Below the pieces are notes generated by a model. The model made no database searches. It had not been told where the DNA came from and worked only from the letters and a program-made list of their open reading frames with translations. Positions 13,225 through 25,535 of a stretch of DNA of 64,000 bases are shown here, one piece after another (position 1 is the stretch's first letter; each line of letters begins with the position of its first letter). Source of the stretch: Eledone cirrhosa (taxonomy: Eukaryota); assembly GCA_964016885.1 (NCBI GenBank), contig CAXHJY010000344.1:8143-72142 (forward strand). Reading direction: 5' to 3'. Both the position numbers and the translations under genes were made by a program.

Positions 13225-13678
13225 ATTCTTGTGTCGCAAATAATCATCCTTCCAACCACCCACCCACCACCTACCCGCTTGTTAATTTTTCAGATTTCTT
13301 TCCAACAACCCCGTTCTTGCTCCCTACTCCCATTGAATTTTGCTAATATAACTCCTGTGAAATTTTATTTTAAGTGATAGCATTCCTGCAACAATTTTCT
13401 TTATATATTAAAAAACATTATACATGACAAACCAAGTACATTATTAGAAATCCCATGCGTTATAAAATAAATAGGATGGGTTGAGGTCTCAACATGTAAA
13501 CTAAACGACTAAATCTGGTAAAAAAAAAAAATAAATTAATTAATTAATTAATTAATTTTAAAAAAAAAGAAAAAAAAAATCAACGGAGACAACCAAGAAA
13601 AATTACAAATTTTCCAACACTTCCACCCACCCCCACTTATCCCAACTCCCCTTCCCAACTACTTGGGACCCGAGAGTA
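13225..13678. mobile_element. MITE with TIR ~ACTCTCGGGTCGCAAATAA (Tc1/mariner/pogo-like)
   Basis: Ends attcttgtgtcgcaaataatc / tacttgggacccgagagta; inverted second copy at 13865-14210, further copies at ~28125-28500 and 54391-54660. Confidence 0.7.
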
Positions 13679-13691
13679 GGTATATTACGGG

Positions 13692-14428
13692 CATAACGAT
13701 AGCTTAGTGCCCCTACGCCCGAAATTGTTTTCTCATAACTTTCTTAATAATGAATTTTTTTTCGTGAAATGCTTTAAAAGATGTTTAAATTATGTTGGTG
13801 AAATATAAATTTAAAAAATTGAAGGCATGATGAAAACAATTTCCGAATTTACATTTAACATTTAACTCTCGGGTCCCCAAATAATAGGAGGGGATAAGCG
13901 GAAGGGCGGAAGGGGTTGGGAAATTGGTGCTTTTTCTATGTTGTCCCCGTTGGTTTTTTTAAAACCAGAATTAGTCGTTTAGTTTACATATTAAGACCCC
14001 CAACCCATCCTATTTACTTTATAACGTATGTGATTTCTAGTAATGTATTCTTTTGTCATGTATAATGGGTTTTTTTTTAATGTATAAAGAAATTAAATGC
14101 TTCCACTTAAAATTAAATTTCGACTGCGAAAGATTAGCAAAATTTGATAAGGGGGAAGGATCTGAAAAATTAATAAGCAGGGGGTGGGGCGATTATTTGA
14201 CACCCGACAGTCCAAACACAAATTGAAAATATTCAGCAAATTAAAGCATTATCGAACGGAACTATATACAAACTGATTTCTTTTGAAAAATTAACAATTA
14301 AAAAAATAATTATCAACATAATTGTAATCTATATCATGGAAAATGTATCTAAAATTTGATTAGAAGATATCCAATATTAAGAAAGTTATGAAAAAACAAA
14401 TTCATGGGAGCGAAAGACATAATTATGC
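13692..14428. mobile_element. Inverted-repeat element hosting a nested MITE (13865-14210)
   Basis: Arms ttgttttctcataactttcttaata / tattaagaaagttatgaaaaaacaa with outer gcataa / ttatgc. Confidence 0.55.
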
Positions 14429-15835
14429 TTTTTTTTGTTGTTTCCTTTTCTTTTTCTCTCGCTTTGATAATATATTTTGTGCATTATATATTTGTGGGGT
14501 TCCTAGCAATAATTAACATTTATTATATGTTTTATAACGGTGGTTTTCACTGTCAGAATTATAAATAGTTTGTAATGTTATTTATACAACTGTGAATAAT
14601 AAATTTATAAATAGATTATGCTTCTGTTTATATATAAACCTATAATTATATATTGTATTGTCTTAACATTTAATATATATTATTGGTGTGTTAAAGACAT
14701 GTTTACACCTGTATGTTGGTTATATTCTGTATTATAGTATAACATTTAGCTTTAAAATAAATTCCCGTTGTCCAAGAAGACATTGGATAAAAAAAGTTAT
14801 TGTATAATAGGAGAGGAAAATAAACAAATACTGTGATTTGTCTGTCCGCTTCCTATTTCTATGGGTTGCCGTCGAGACTTCCTGTGTCCTTGGTCCCCCG
14901 TACTGCCGATGTCCTCCGCAAAAACCAGAAAGGCAGTAAAAGGCCTGCCAGAGGAAGGAGCCCTGTTGCAGCAGGTCTACCTGGCTATTCTCTGCGGCAA
15001 TACCTTAGCCATTCTGTCTGCAGGACACGGCCGAATTACCATACAAAATGGGGCGTAGAGTCTGTCCCTTTCCTTCGTTATTTTATTCTTTTTCCCATTA
15101 AGATAATAAAAGCAAGATATTTAAATATGTGTGTCTAGATACAATGTCGGCTATTAGAGTATAGTATTTACCTTCAAAATAAATTCCTGGCGTGTTAACA
15201 GTGTCCAATCGACAATGTATGATAAAAAGATATTTAAATCTGTCTCTATATACAATGGTGGCTACATTCTGTATTATAGTATAGTGTAGCATTTATCTTT
15301 AAAATAAATTCCCGTTGTCCACGAAGATATTCTATAATAAAGATTTTTGTTGTTATTTTCTAATTCTTCTGACAAATTACTTTTATTTTTAGTCAGAAAG
15401 ATGTTTAGTTTTATTAAGGCGTAATTGTCAACATAATATTACAAATAGAAAAGGTGTTTTATCCACTCTCTATACGTACAATGTTGGTTAAGAATTATCA
15501 GATATAGTGTCATAATAAACCATTATGTAATAAAACATTTACCTTTAGTCTAAACTATTTGTATGTTTATGGTGTGTTGTGTCCACAAAGATATATATAT
15601 ATACTAGCTGGCCCCGTGCCGTCAAATATGCCAGCTAATGAGTAAATGTGTATTTGTATATTCCTTTTAGCTGCGTTTTATATTCTTGATAATTCTAATT
15701 TCGATATTGCTAGAGACTTCCTTGGACAACACACACACAAACACTCACAAAAGTGTAGCCATTCTAAGAAAGCTAGTTAAAAATAATTATTACATACACA
15801 CTACTACTTTGACTCTAAATTTCGCCAGTTGCAGA

Positions 15836-16445
15836 CTACGCATCAACATGAAATATTTTTCTACACAAAGTTCGATCACCAACAACAGAGTTTAAAGAGC
15901 AAAGATCAAGTCCAGTCCATAGGTTGACATTATCAAGCCATCGTTTTGGCTGCCGGCCTCTGCTTCTCTTACCAGCCAATCTTCCTTCCAGGCATAACCT
16001 ACTCACACCACGAGTTGATCTATATGACCGTATAGCTCGAGTACTCTTGACTTGACAATTGATGTAGAGCAGCCCACTGATACAGATAAGGTCGCTGAGC
16101 CGCTTGCCAGTCATAAGTCTCATGATGTGGTTCTGGAATGTAGAGAGCCCAGATATGTTCAAAAAAGCATTAATAGCTGTACTCCACAAAAAAGGTAACA
16201 GACTTGATTGTGGGAACTATCGTCCTATCAGCCTATTGAGTCACGTTTACAAGCTTTTCATGAGTATCATTGCAGCACAAGTGAGTCAGATATTTACGCC
16301 TCATTTCCCGAATCACAAGCTGCGTATCACCTGGAAGAGGCACCATTGAGCAGATCCTAACTATTGAACAAATCATTGAGAAATCAATAGAATTCAACAA
16401 CCCTGTGCACATCAGCTTCGTTGACTTCACAAAAGCTTTTGACAT
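15836..16445. pseudogene. RTE LINE fragment with internal inversion (RT segment on +, C-terminal segment on -)
   Basis: + strand KKALIAVLHKKGNRLDCGNYRPISLLSHVYKLF..IEKSIEFNNPVHISFVDFTKAFD (RT motifs); - strand CLEGRLAGKRSRGRQPKRWLDNV (RTE C-terminus). Confidence 0.85.
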
Positions 16446-16689
16446 GAAACTACACACACACACATCTACACATATGTGTGCGTGTGTATATGTATACATT
16501 TATATGTATGAACAACACAAGTGTAACGAACGCGGTTTTCTATAGTTTGTCACAGCCCCCTTCCTTCCACACTCATCACATAGATGTGTGTGTATGTAAT
16601 CATTAAAAAGTAGAAATAATTATTTTGTTTAATGTTTATGTTATGTATGTATTTATATCTATATAACTGTGTTAATTGGACGACAAGGT

Positions 16690-16995
16690 CACTTCAGAAG
16701 CTCTACATTCCAGAACCAAACAATGAGACTTATGATTGACAAGCGGCTCTGCGACCGTATCTGTATCAGTGAGCTGCTCAACATTACCAGACTCAGACCA
16801 ATTACATCAATTGTCAAGTCAAGAGTACTCAAGCTATACGGTCATATCAAAAGATCAACTCGTGGTGTGAGTAAGTTGTGCCTGGAAGGAAGATTGGCTG
16901 GTAAGAGAAACAGAGGCCGGCAGCCAAAACGATGGCTTGATAATGTCAACCGATGGACTGGACTTGACCTTTGCTCTTTAAACTCTGCTGCCGGA
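16690..16995 (+). pseudogene. RTE LINE C-terminal fragment
   Basis: LKLYGHIKRSTRGVSKLCLEGRLAGKRNRGRQPKRWLDNV; inverted homologue of 15880-16148. Confidence 0.85.
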
Positions 16996-16997
16996 CT

Positions 16998-17266
16998 ATC
17001 CGGGAGCTTCCAACAGCCATGGTTGCATTCTTTAAGGGTATGTCAATATTTATTTATAAAACTTATCTATATTATATTTTATCTGATGAAAGCACACCAT
17101 AATTTAACTTGGTGTCCTTGAAACATGTATAATGAAATAAATATGGTTTTATAAATATAGTTTCCATTTGTTAATATCGTATTTTTACTCCAAATATTTG
17201 TTGAGTGCTTTATATCAGTTATAAAAATATTTGCTTGTTGTATCCCAACAATTTAAATAGAACTTT

Positions 17267-17268
<2 letters not shown>
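16998..17268 (+). mobile_element. Penelope-like terminal fragment with hammerhead-like motif (17077-17135)
   Basis: CTGATGA-aagcacacca..tggtgtcctt-GAAA-catg-TA; the whole block is homologous to 51237-51520. Confidence 0.55.
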
Positions 17269-17308
<40 letters not shown>

Positions 17309-18315
17309 CACGCGCGCGCGGTGTATATGTCTTATGATACAGTGTTAGCTAACCTATAGAAACAGTATGTAGTATCGAAAAGCATTAAATTATGAAAACA
17401 AATACTTTGTATTAGTGGTTACTTAAACTCACACGGACTATTCAAAGAATTACATATTACGTTAGTGTATAGTAAATTATACGCTTACCAGATATTTAAC
17501 AGATAAATATCATTTTGTGACGGTCACCGTTGAAACTTAGGGCATTTTTGGTCCCGAGGCAGCGACTGCCATCTTCCTCCATCAAGTTGAAAAGAGAGTA
17601 TCGCCCCTGGATAAGATGTAATGGCTGTTGGTTGTGTTCTTTGAGAGACAGACGACACTTACACCATTTTGTCTGCGACAGGGGCATATAGTGGGGATGG
17701 CGTAGCTGAAACATGTTGAGGGAGGGGGTAGAGTCTCTCCGCCACCAACACCTTGTCTATAGAGGAGGTGGCGAAGGGTAGACATGTCTAGCTGAGGGAG
17801 GGGTTACAGTCTCCCTACCACCACCCCCTTGTCTGTGGAGGAGGTGTAGCTGAGACATGTCCAGTAGATGGGGAGGAAGGAAAAGCAAAGATGAGGAACC
17901 TGCGATCTTCTATGCCATTTGTGCGGCCTTTTGAAAGAATAAAAAATTTCCAACAAGTTATTAATTTTTATTAATGTGTTTTTTACTATCTCTTATTTTA
18001 ATTTAAACCTCTTACCGGCGGGAATCTACATTCTCATATCGAACCAAAATCAAGACACCTTTGAGATCACAAATGGCAGATACCCATCTGGAGGTTCAGT
18101 TGAAATATCGGACCTCCATGTTGCAACCAAATATCAAAATGTTTTCCTAAAACAAGCAGTCACTAAAAACAAAGTCATTAGCTTTAAAATTCATGTTTTT
18201 CTTCGTTTTTTTTTTGTTTGTTTTAGATAATTAGTATATAGTAATTAGATTTTTACAAAATAATGTAGATTTTAAGAATAAAAATTTATGGTTCCTTGAA
18301 AGCGCCTTATTTTAT

Positions 18316-18512
18316 TGGTTTCTGATTAAGGCATAAGGCCAAACATTTTGGGGGAAGGCAAAGTCGATTAAATCGACCTCAGTGCATTACTGGTACTTTA
18401 TTTTATCGACCCCCTAAGGATGAAAGGCAAAGCTAACCTCGGCAGGATTTGAACTCAGATCGTGAAGGGCCGTAGCTCTATGACATAAAGCATGTTGTCC
18501 GATACTCCACCG
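18316..18512 (-). mobile_element. Family-A SINE (long-tail variant)
   Basis: ctggtactttattttatcgacc..ggatgaaaggc..ggatttgaactc. Confidence 0.85.
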
Positions 18513-19309
18513 CCCTTTGCAGCCTTATATTAAAAGTAACTTAATGTGGCCTTTCAACATGAAAAGGTTTCTCACCTCTGGAATAGAATCTCATTACTAT
18601 CGCCACTGTGGAGGAGGTGATGTATCTTAGATGTAACTTCAGCTGAGAGCGTGGGCGACCTTACACGCCAGTTGCTTTTATGTCTTATGAATTTTCAATA
18701 AAAAAAATATAGCTTCTGTGTCTTAGATAGTTGGTGTTCATATATAATATTAGAAAAATGAGATTAAACGTGATAGAATTAAATGTTTTATAGTTTTATA
18801 CAAGACATAGTTGAAAGTAATAGAGAGAAAGTGACGCCTGAACGAGTATCCACCACCTCCAACTAACTTACAAACTCCGCCTTGAATTCAGGGAGTAAAG
18901 GGACATAACTATGCCGCAAAGCATGTTGTCCGACGCTCAACCGATACTACTGCCAATTCTCCGCCCTAATCCAGCAATTAATAATAGACTCCAGTCGTTT
19001 TATTTTCTGAGAACGTTAGACATCGAGATATTAATCACACCGTCTTAAATATAGCTGTATTGGACAATGGAGTTCCTGGTACACGTTAACACGAGTTGGT
19101 CATGAGTGGAATGTATCTGATGAAACAACTGCTCAGAGTTGGTGTGAAGCTAAACAAGAACAGTCTTGGGAAATATTGTAGACACAAATTGGAACATTAA
19201 ATGGAATGGAATATTAAAAATACTCATACAACATATTTAAAGTCATGAATTAAAATCCAATATATATTGTAGTACATTCATAGTAACAATGCACACACAT
19301 ATTCTCATT

Positions 19310-19395
19310 AACAAGACTCACTATTCAGCCTTAATAAAATGATTAAAACTCTACTTCGGTATTGAGTATTCTCTTCTCTCAGCCGTCAACCACAT

Positions 19396-19431
<36 letters not shown>

Positions 19432-19617
19432 CCGATTATTATTGACGACTACGTGAATGAATATTCAATACCAGAGATGAAATTAAACTTTACTTTATTA
19501 AAGCCAATTTTGAGTCTTCTTACTCTGGAGTTTCTCCTGCGTACTCATAGGGTGATGTCCCTAAGGGCGCACAGGAGAAATTCCAGAGCAACAAGATTCA
19601 AAATTGGCCTTAATAAA
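19310..19617. mobile_element. Penelope-like terminal fragments in alternating orientation, including a ~125 bp hairpin
   Basis: 19493-19552 is inversely complementary to 19559-19617; arms match the 3' half of the 5442 hammerhead. Confidence 0.6.
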
Positions 19618-21087
19618 GAATACATATATATAAATATACGGACGGTATTGTTGAAAACGAACGACGGAACTTGCAGGTGGTGGCTCTATCTGCTAGAAAT
19701 AGCAGCCAAACCACAACGTACTACCTTCTTAAAAGCAAAGGACACATTAGATGATGGTAGTTCTAGATATACTTAGACCAGCAGAATCCTTATGCTTAAT
19801 ATACCGTCTGCTCCATCAAGGTTGACTTGAGAGCTAAACAACATAAAAAGGTAATACAATACTGATAAATATATATGGGGTCGGTTCTTCCTCTATTTAT
19901 TTTCCCACTTCCATTCTCTCACTCTCTACTCTCCTTTTCTGGAAGAAATCTGCTGTATTCAGATCTGGAGAAGATTGGATTTAAAATGCCCTAGAAACAC
20001 TATAAGTTACGGGACCATGTTTTTTAAAATATATTTTCAATCAAGTATTTGGAGAAATTTAGTAACTCTATCATAATCAAGTTAGTGTTTGGAACCTAAC
20101 TTAACAAAGGTTCTTACATAAAATTATGATGGAAGGTTTCTCGATAAACAAATAGTTTATAGCAAACAGTTTTTTTATATCATAGAAACAGGCCGTTACA
20201 TCTTTTTTAATCGTAGGATCAGGTTGTTTCAAGTGATTTGGTATCATGAATTTTGAAGTTTAAAGCACCAGCACAAACAAACATATTGAGAAAGTGAATA
20301 CAAACATAGAAACTACAATTTTCATGTGATTAAGAAATATAAAAACAGCAAATCTTAAACTAAAAAGTTTGTCATTGAGTAACATGTGGTTTATATCGTT
20401 GAAATTTCTAAATAAAAAGGAAACTAGAAATATATTGCTCACGTAGTCTACTAGATGTTGTAGTTAAGCGCTACGTTTGTTAGTCCTGATTGATTAATCC
20501 TATGATTTAATGACCTTCCAATCGTGACTTTCCTGTCATGTGTGGTATTCCAGGGAGAGGGGTGGTTAAGGCGATATGGTATGATTTGAAGGAAACTGGC
20601 GGTTATATTTAAATATCCGAGCAAACACGTAAAGGTTTCCGTATTGGCGCGTAATATACAATATTTATGATGAAAGATACATCAGTTATATATTGTGGTT
20701 AATTAACATAATAGATGTAGCAGAGCAGAGCAGAGTTGAATTGTGACAGGGAAATGCAATGAATGTCATCTCTTTCCATTAGGAAAACTTAAATCTAAGT
20801 CTTTAATGAAAACACAGTTGGAGAGTTAAATGAATAAACATTGTTGTCTGATTGAGACGAAGCGAGAATGTATTTGAATTCATATAAAAAATGAGAAAAC
20901 TCATCGCCAGAACGGCCAAATGCTGTCAAAGACAGCGATGGACGTATATGCCACAGAGACAATTTAATTAAGAACAAGTTTTCCATTCTTGAGTAAATAT
21001 TAAATACTAGTGGACCAGTGTCATTAATAATGTTGGCAATAGTGTTGAATGTATTACATTTTTGGAGTCCATGATTGTCAGGCCGTA

Positions 21088-21279
21088 CGAAGGGATGCTG
21101 CAAATTTCCTGGCTTTGGGTAAAAGAAAATAGAAGAGGATCAGTTAATTCTGATTTCTTTCAACATATTCCCGTCTCAGATTCACACACCTATTGCAGCA
21201 GTCCTACTTCCCCTGTGGAGGTAACAGCTCTACCCTTTCGCGGTATCCATAAAGCCGGGATCTTTTCAGCACCCCCTCG
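21088..21279 (-). mobile_element. Non-autonomous mariner element
   Basis: TA|CGAAGGGATGCTGC..TTCAGCACCCCCTCG|TA; same family as 48751-48966. Confidence 0.85.
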
Positions 21280-22778
21280 TATATACCAGGATTACTGGAT
21301 ATATGAACAATCATACAAACTCGAAAATGTTTGTTTTGATACATTAATGAATGGTTTGCATAAGAGAAGCCCTATAGCTTTATGTTGATTACTGACATGT
21401 GCAAGTAATTAAAGATAAAAATATTTAAATAATTTATTTGTAGGATATACGATGCCCGTGAGGGTGCTTGGTTGTTTCAGCGCCTTAGCCACGCCATCAC
21501 ACGCGGTAATGCTGCGAGCGGCGTTTAGCTTGCCTCAAAAATTTCTGTTGACGCATGTGATGTAAGGCCGATTGTTGTACTTGGTTTCTTCTCGCTTTGA
21601 TTATATATTTTTGTGTATTATATTTATAAGGTTCCTAGCAATAATTAATTGATTACATGTATGTATTTCTATCTAATCTTATATATTTGTTATATGATAA
21701 TAAAATTACATAAAAGTTCAGTATATATATATATCTATAAATAACATACAGGATTAAATAATTATTTATAGGGACAAATGCAAAGTTAGAACCCAGGACC
21801 TTGTAATTGGAAAGTGAATTTCTTATTGTAGCAACATGACTGAGATAGGAAATGCATTGTGTATGTATGTAAATCCTTTTTAATGAGTTACAGGCACACA
21901 CACACATATATGCACACACATACACAAACACGCACCGCGAATTATTATGGTGGTTAATATGAATACAGAAAGAAAATGTTAGTAAAACAAACTAGTAAAT
22001 ATTAGAAAACCAAAGAAAAAGACATTATGACTCACATAAACTTTTAAAATTCAGATTGCTTTCAAGTTTCTTTTGTTAGCGATTTTAGTTCATTAATGCA
22101 GTTGTTCTCGCACATCAGCCCTCATAAAGCCCTTCCTTACGATTTAACAACAGCAATATAAAATAAATAGCTACTCCTATCAGTATTAATTTTTGGGAGT
22201 TACCTTTTATCTATTGTCCACGTTGAAATTACATTTTCCTCACTTCATTCATAAATCGAAATTGGTATAGTCCTATTTACGGGTTCCATTACCGTGAAAG
22301 TGAAATTTTCAAATGGAAAATTGAAAACCGCAACATAAACAACTAACGTACCTTTGTTTCTGTTTATACACATGAAATTGCGAACCATTAACTGAACTTT
22401 GGGTGATCTAATCAATCAATGCCCATACAATAAACTCTTGAAGGGCGATGGATAAAAGCAAAAAAGAAAAGTTTTCAAAATATACGCAAATAGATGAATT
22501 TCTGTATTCTTCGTATTTGTATGAACATATGTGGAGGGCTAAATTTAACGACCTTCATCAGCTTCTTGCGAATCACATTTCCTGTAATAATGAAATCTAT
22601 ATCTTCAGTTGAAGGATTTTGCTAAGTACAATTTCCATTTTATTTAGCAGTTTCCATTGAACTTTCACAGCTACTATATATATTCTCTTACAATTAACAA
22701 TAACTGTTTTTCTATTTTAAGTATACTTTTCATTCGTACTACTATATATATATACATATAATGATGATGATGTTTATG

Positions 22779-22825
<47 letters not shown>

Positions 22826-22891
22826 AAAAAAAGATGAAATCGAAAATGCAACTGGAGTCTTATTTTTAAAAAAAATATATTTATTTGGTTC

Positions 22892-22927
22892 CTTTACCGG
22901 TTTCGCAGTTCTTCTGCTTTTCAAAAG
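22892..22927 (-). ncRNA. Minimal hammerhead ribozyme, U3-A8 core variant
   Basis: Minus strand ctt-TTGAAAA-gcag-aagaa-ctgc-GAAA-ccgg-TA-aag: stems I and II perfect, palindromic stem III ACCGGT. Confidence 0.65.
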
Positions 22928-23278
22928 TAGAGTTGAGATGGAGGGTCTGTGGGTTTTTTTAACTACGGCGTCTTTTTCTCCTGTTTTCTTTTTCTTACTT
23001 TCGTCTATCTTTCTATTTCTCCATTTCTTCTCTCTCATCATTGTCTTCCGATGAAAGACTAACGTCCAAAAGTTTAAGATACGTTTTCCTATTATATCAA
23101 GCGTTATACAAATATATATCATCATTGTATTGTATTGTTTTCCCGTACTGTTTTTCTTTGTTAACGTTTCTCATGTATATATGGTGAAAAAACGGAATGG
23201 TAAGTTATATCCAAAGTTGGTGGAGCACTCAGTCCAAAGAACGAGTTCGGTGTTTTTTTTATTTCTTGTTGAACTAAG

Positions 23279-23341
<63 letters not shown>

Positions 23342-23547
23342 CTCACCAAAACAGAACAAAGAAGACACAAAATAAATTAGCCACTGAGGAAGTCACAGAA
23401 TGTGTAACGAAAGAGCTTTGACAATAAACAATCGTCCGGTTTTTAAACTAACCAACTGGAAGTTTATAATAAATTGAAGTGAAAACCAACAAGTGTGTTC
23501 GTTTTTATTGGCAACATGACTCTCAAGAAGTATAACAATAAAACAGA

Positions 23548-23892
23548 CAGACCTGCCAACCTCTAAAAACCATGAAAAAAAGAACCCCAAAATTGGGAGA
23601 TTTTACATAATTGTTTCTACTTTAGGCACAAGGCCAGCAATTACCCAGTGCATTACTGGTACTTTATTTTATCGACCCCGTAAGGATGAAAGGCAAAGTT
23701 AACCTCGACGGGATTTGAACTCAAACCGTAAAGGGACGTAACTATGCTAGAAAGCAGGGCGTACAACCCTCTACTGACACTGCCAATTCACATAATGAAA
23801 GCTATAACCATTTTCAAAAGAGAAGACATCTGTCACCAACCTCAAAGGCTATTGCAAATCTCCCCGTCAGACACCGAGAGTTGACAGGTCTG
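23548..23892. mobile_element. hAT-type MITE interrupted by a family-A SINE (23609-23790, -)
   Basis: TIR CAGACCTGCCAAC / GTTGACAGGTCTG; SINE flanked by TSD acataat; uninterrupted copy at 43615-43792. Confidence 0.8.
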
Positions 23893-24079
23893 CAGAGAGC
23901 CGAAACAAATACCACGAAGTATTTTATCTGACGTACTAACGACTCTGCCAATTTACCACCAACACAATCCATGTTTATATATTTCTAATGTGATAAACTA
24001 TATTTTCTCACCCAAAACCAGATTAATTATAAGACTACCTCTGAAGAGATTATTGTTACGTCTATTTCTCATAGATATT

Positions 24080-24508
24080 ATCTCTCTCTCACTCCCTCAA
24101 CCCATCTCTCTTACTCAACACTTCTCTCAATACTTCTCTCTCTTACTCAACCTCTCTCTCACTCTTACTCAACCTCTCTTTCTCTTACTCAACCCCTCTC
24201 TCTCTTACTCAACCTCTCTCTCTCTCTCTTACTCAACCTCTCTCTCTCTTATTCAACCCATCTCTCTCTCTCTCTTTCTCTGTCTGTCTCTCTTTTACTC
24301 CACCTCATACTCTCTCTCTCTTACTCCATCTCTCTCCCTATCTCTTTATTACTTCTCTGGCTCTCTCTCTCACTCTCTCACTCCATATCTGTCTCTTACT
24401 TCATCACTCTATTACTCCTTCACTCTCCCCTCTATTACTCCATCTCTTTCACTTTCTCTTCCTTTCCCCCTCTCTCTCTTTCTATCCCCCCCTCTCTCTC
24501 TCTCTCAA
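24080..24508. repeat. CT-rich degenerate minisatellite (ctcttactcaacctctct)n
   Basis: Repeated ttactcaacc/ttactccatc units within (CT)n. Confidence 0.85.
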
Positions 24509-24695
24509 CAGACAGACAAGCTGTAATAGGATTATCAACAGTCTGTAATTAATACATTAGAATTTAGTTACAATATTCTGTGGTGTTTTCCATGTAAGAC
24601 TTATAAGTTAGATGTAAAGATTTCTGTTTGGTGAGTCAAAGAGTGTGGAAGACATGGCCTAGTCGTTGGTTACAGTGCCAGTATTATTATTGGCG

Positions 24696-24885
24696 GTGGT
24701 GGATTGGCAGTATCGGTAGAGGGTCAGACACCATGCTTTGACGTATAGAGTTACGGCCCTTGCCATTCTGAGTTCAAATCCCGCTGAGGTTAACTTTGCC
24801 TTTCATCCTTACGGGGTTGATAAAATAATGTACCAGAAATGCACTGGGGTAATTGCTGGCCTTGTGTCAATAGTAGAAACAATTA
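24696..24885 (+). mobile_element. Family-A SINE
   Basis: tggcagtatcgg A box, gagttcaaatcc B box, Meta-like core, ggccttgtgtc tail. Confidence 0.9.
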
Positions 24886-25269
24886 TTGTAGGGTCGTAGT
24901 TTCCATCCTTGAACTAAGTGGTGTGTTGTGTCCTTAAGTAAGACGCTCCATTTCACATTACTTCAGTCCACTCAATAATATGTACAGGTGGTTGGTTAAC
25001 CCATGCTAGCATGGAAAATGGACATTAAAAGATGATGATGGTGATGGTGGTTTCCATCCCCGAACTAAGTGATATGTTGTGTCCTTCAGCAAGACATTTC
25101 ATTTCACATTATTCCAGTCCGCTCAACAATGTGTACAGGCAGCATCTGCGGTTTAACCATGTAATGGACAGATGTTATACGATTCTTCAAAAATCATGGA
25201 ACCCATAGCTATATTTTACGGACTATGTCAAAAACCACCTTAAGACATTGTCTAAAGTCTGTCTCAAGC

Positions 25270-25535
25270 CAAGAGGCTCATGAGGCCAGTGCTTATCCCG
25301 GTTTCCATGGCCTTAAGTGACTAAGAGTACAAGACTTCTCCCTGGACATGATGCCAGTCCATCACTGGGTTAAATACCCAGTTATTGCTGGTACTCATTT
25401 ATAGTTTAATATACTGGAGCAACATGAAATAAAGTGTTTTGCTTAAGAACACAACACACAACTCAGTCCAGGAATCGAACCTACAACATTATGATCATAA
25501 GTCCAACTCCCTGACCACTAGGTCACGTGCCTACA
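25270..25535 (-). mobile_element. CORE-type SINE (family B) with single head
   Basis: Homologous to 7620-7875 but with one head unit. Confidence 0.8.

Noticed and set aside
14900-14940. SECIS-like hairpin
   Set aside because: Lacks the AUGA/GA quartet and there is no upstream selenoprotein ORF
20795-21388. 100-aa ORFs as a possible host exon
   Set aside because: They run across a mariner MITE (21088-21279); no recognisable domain or splice support
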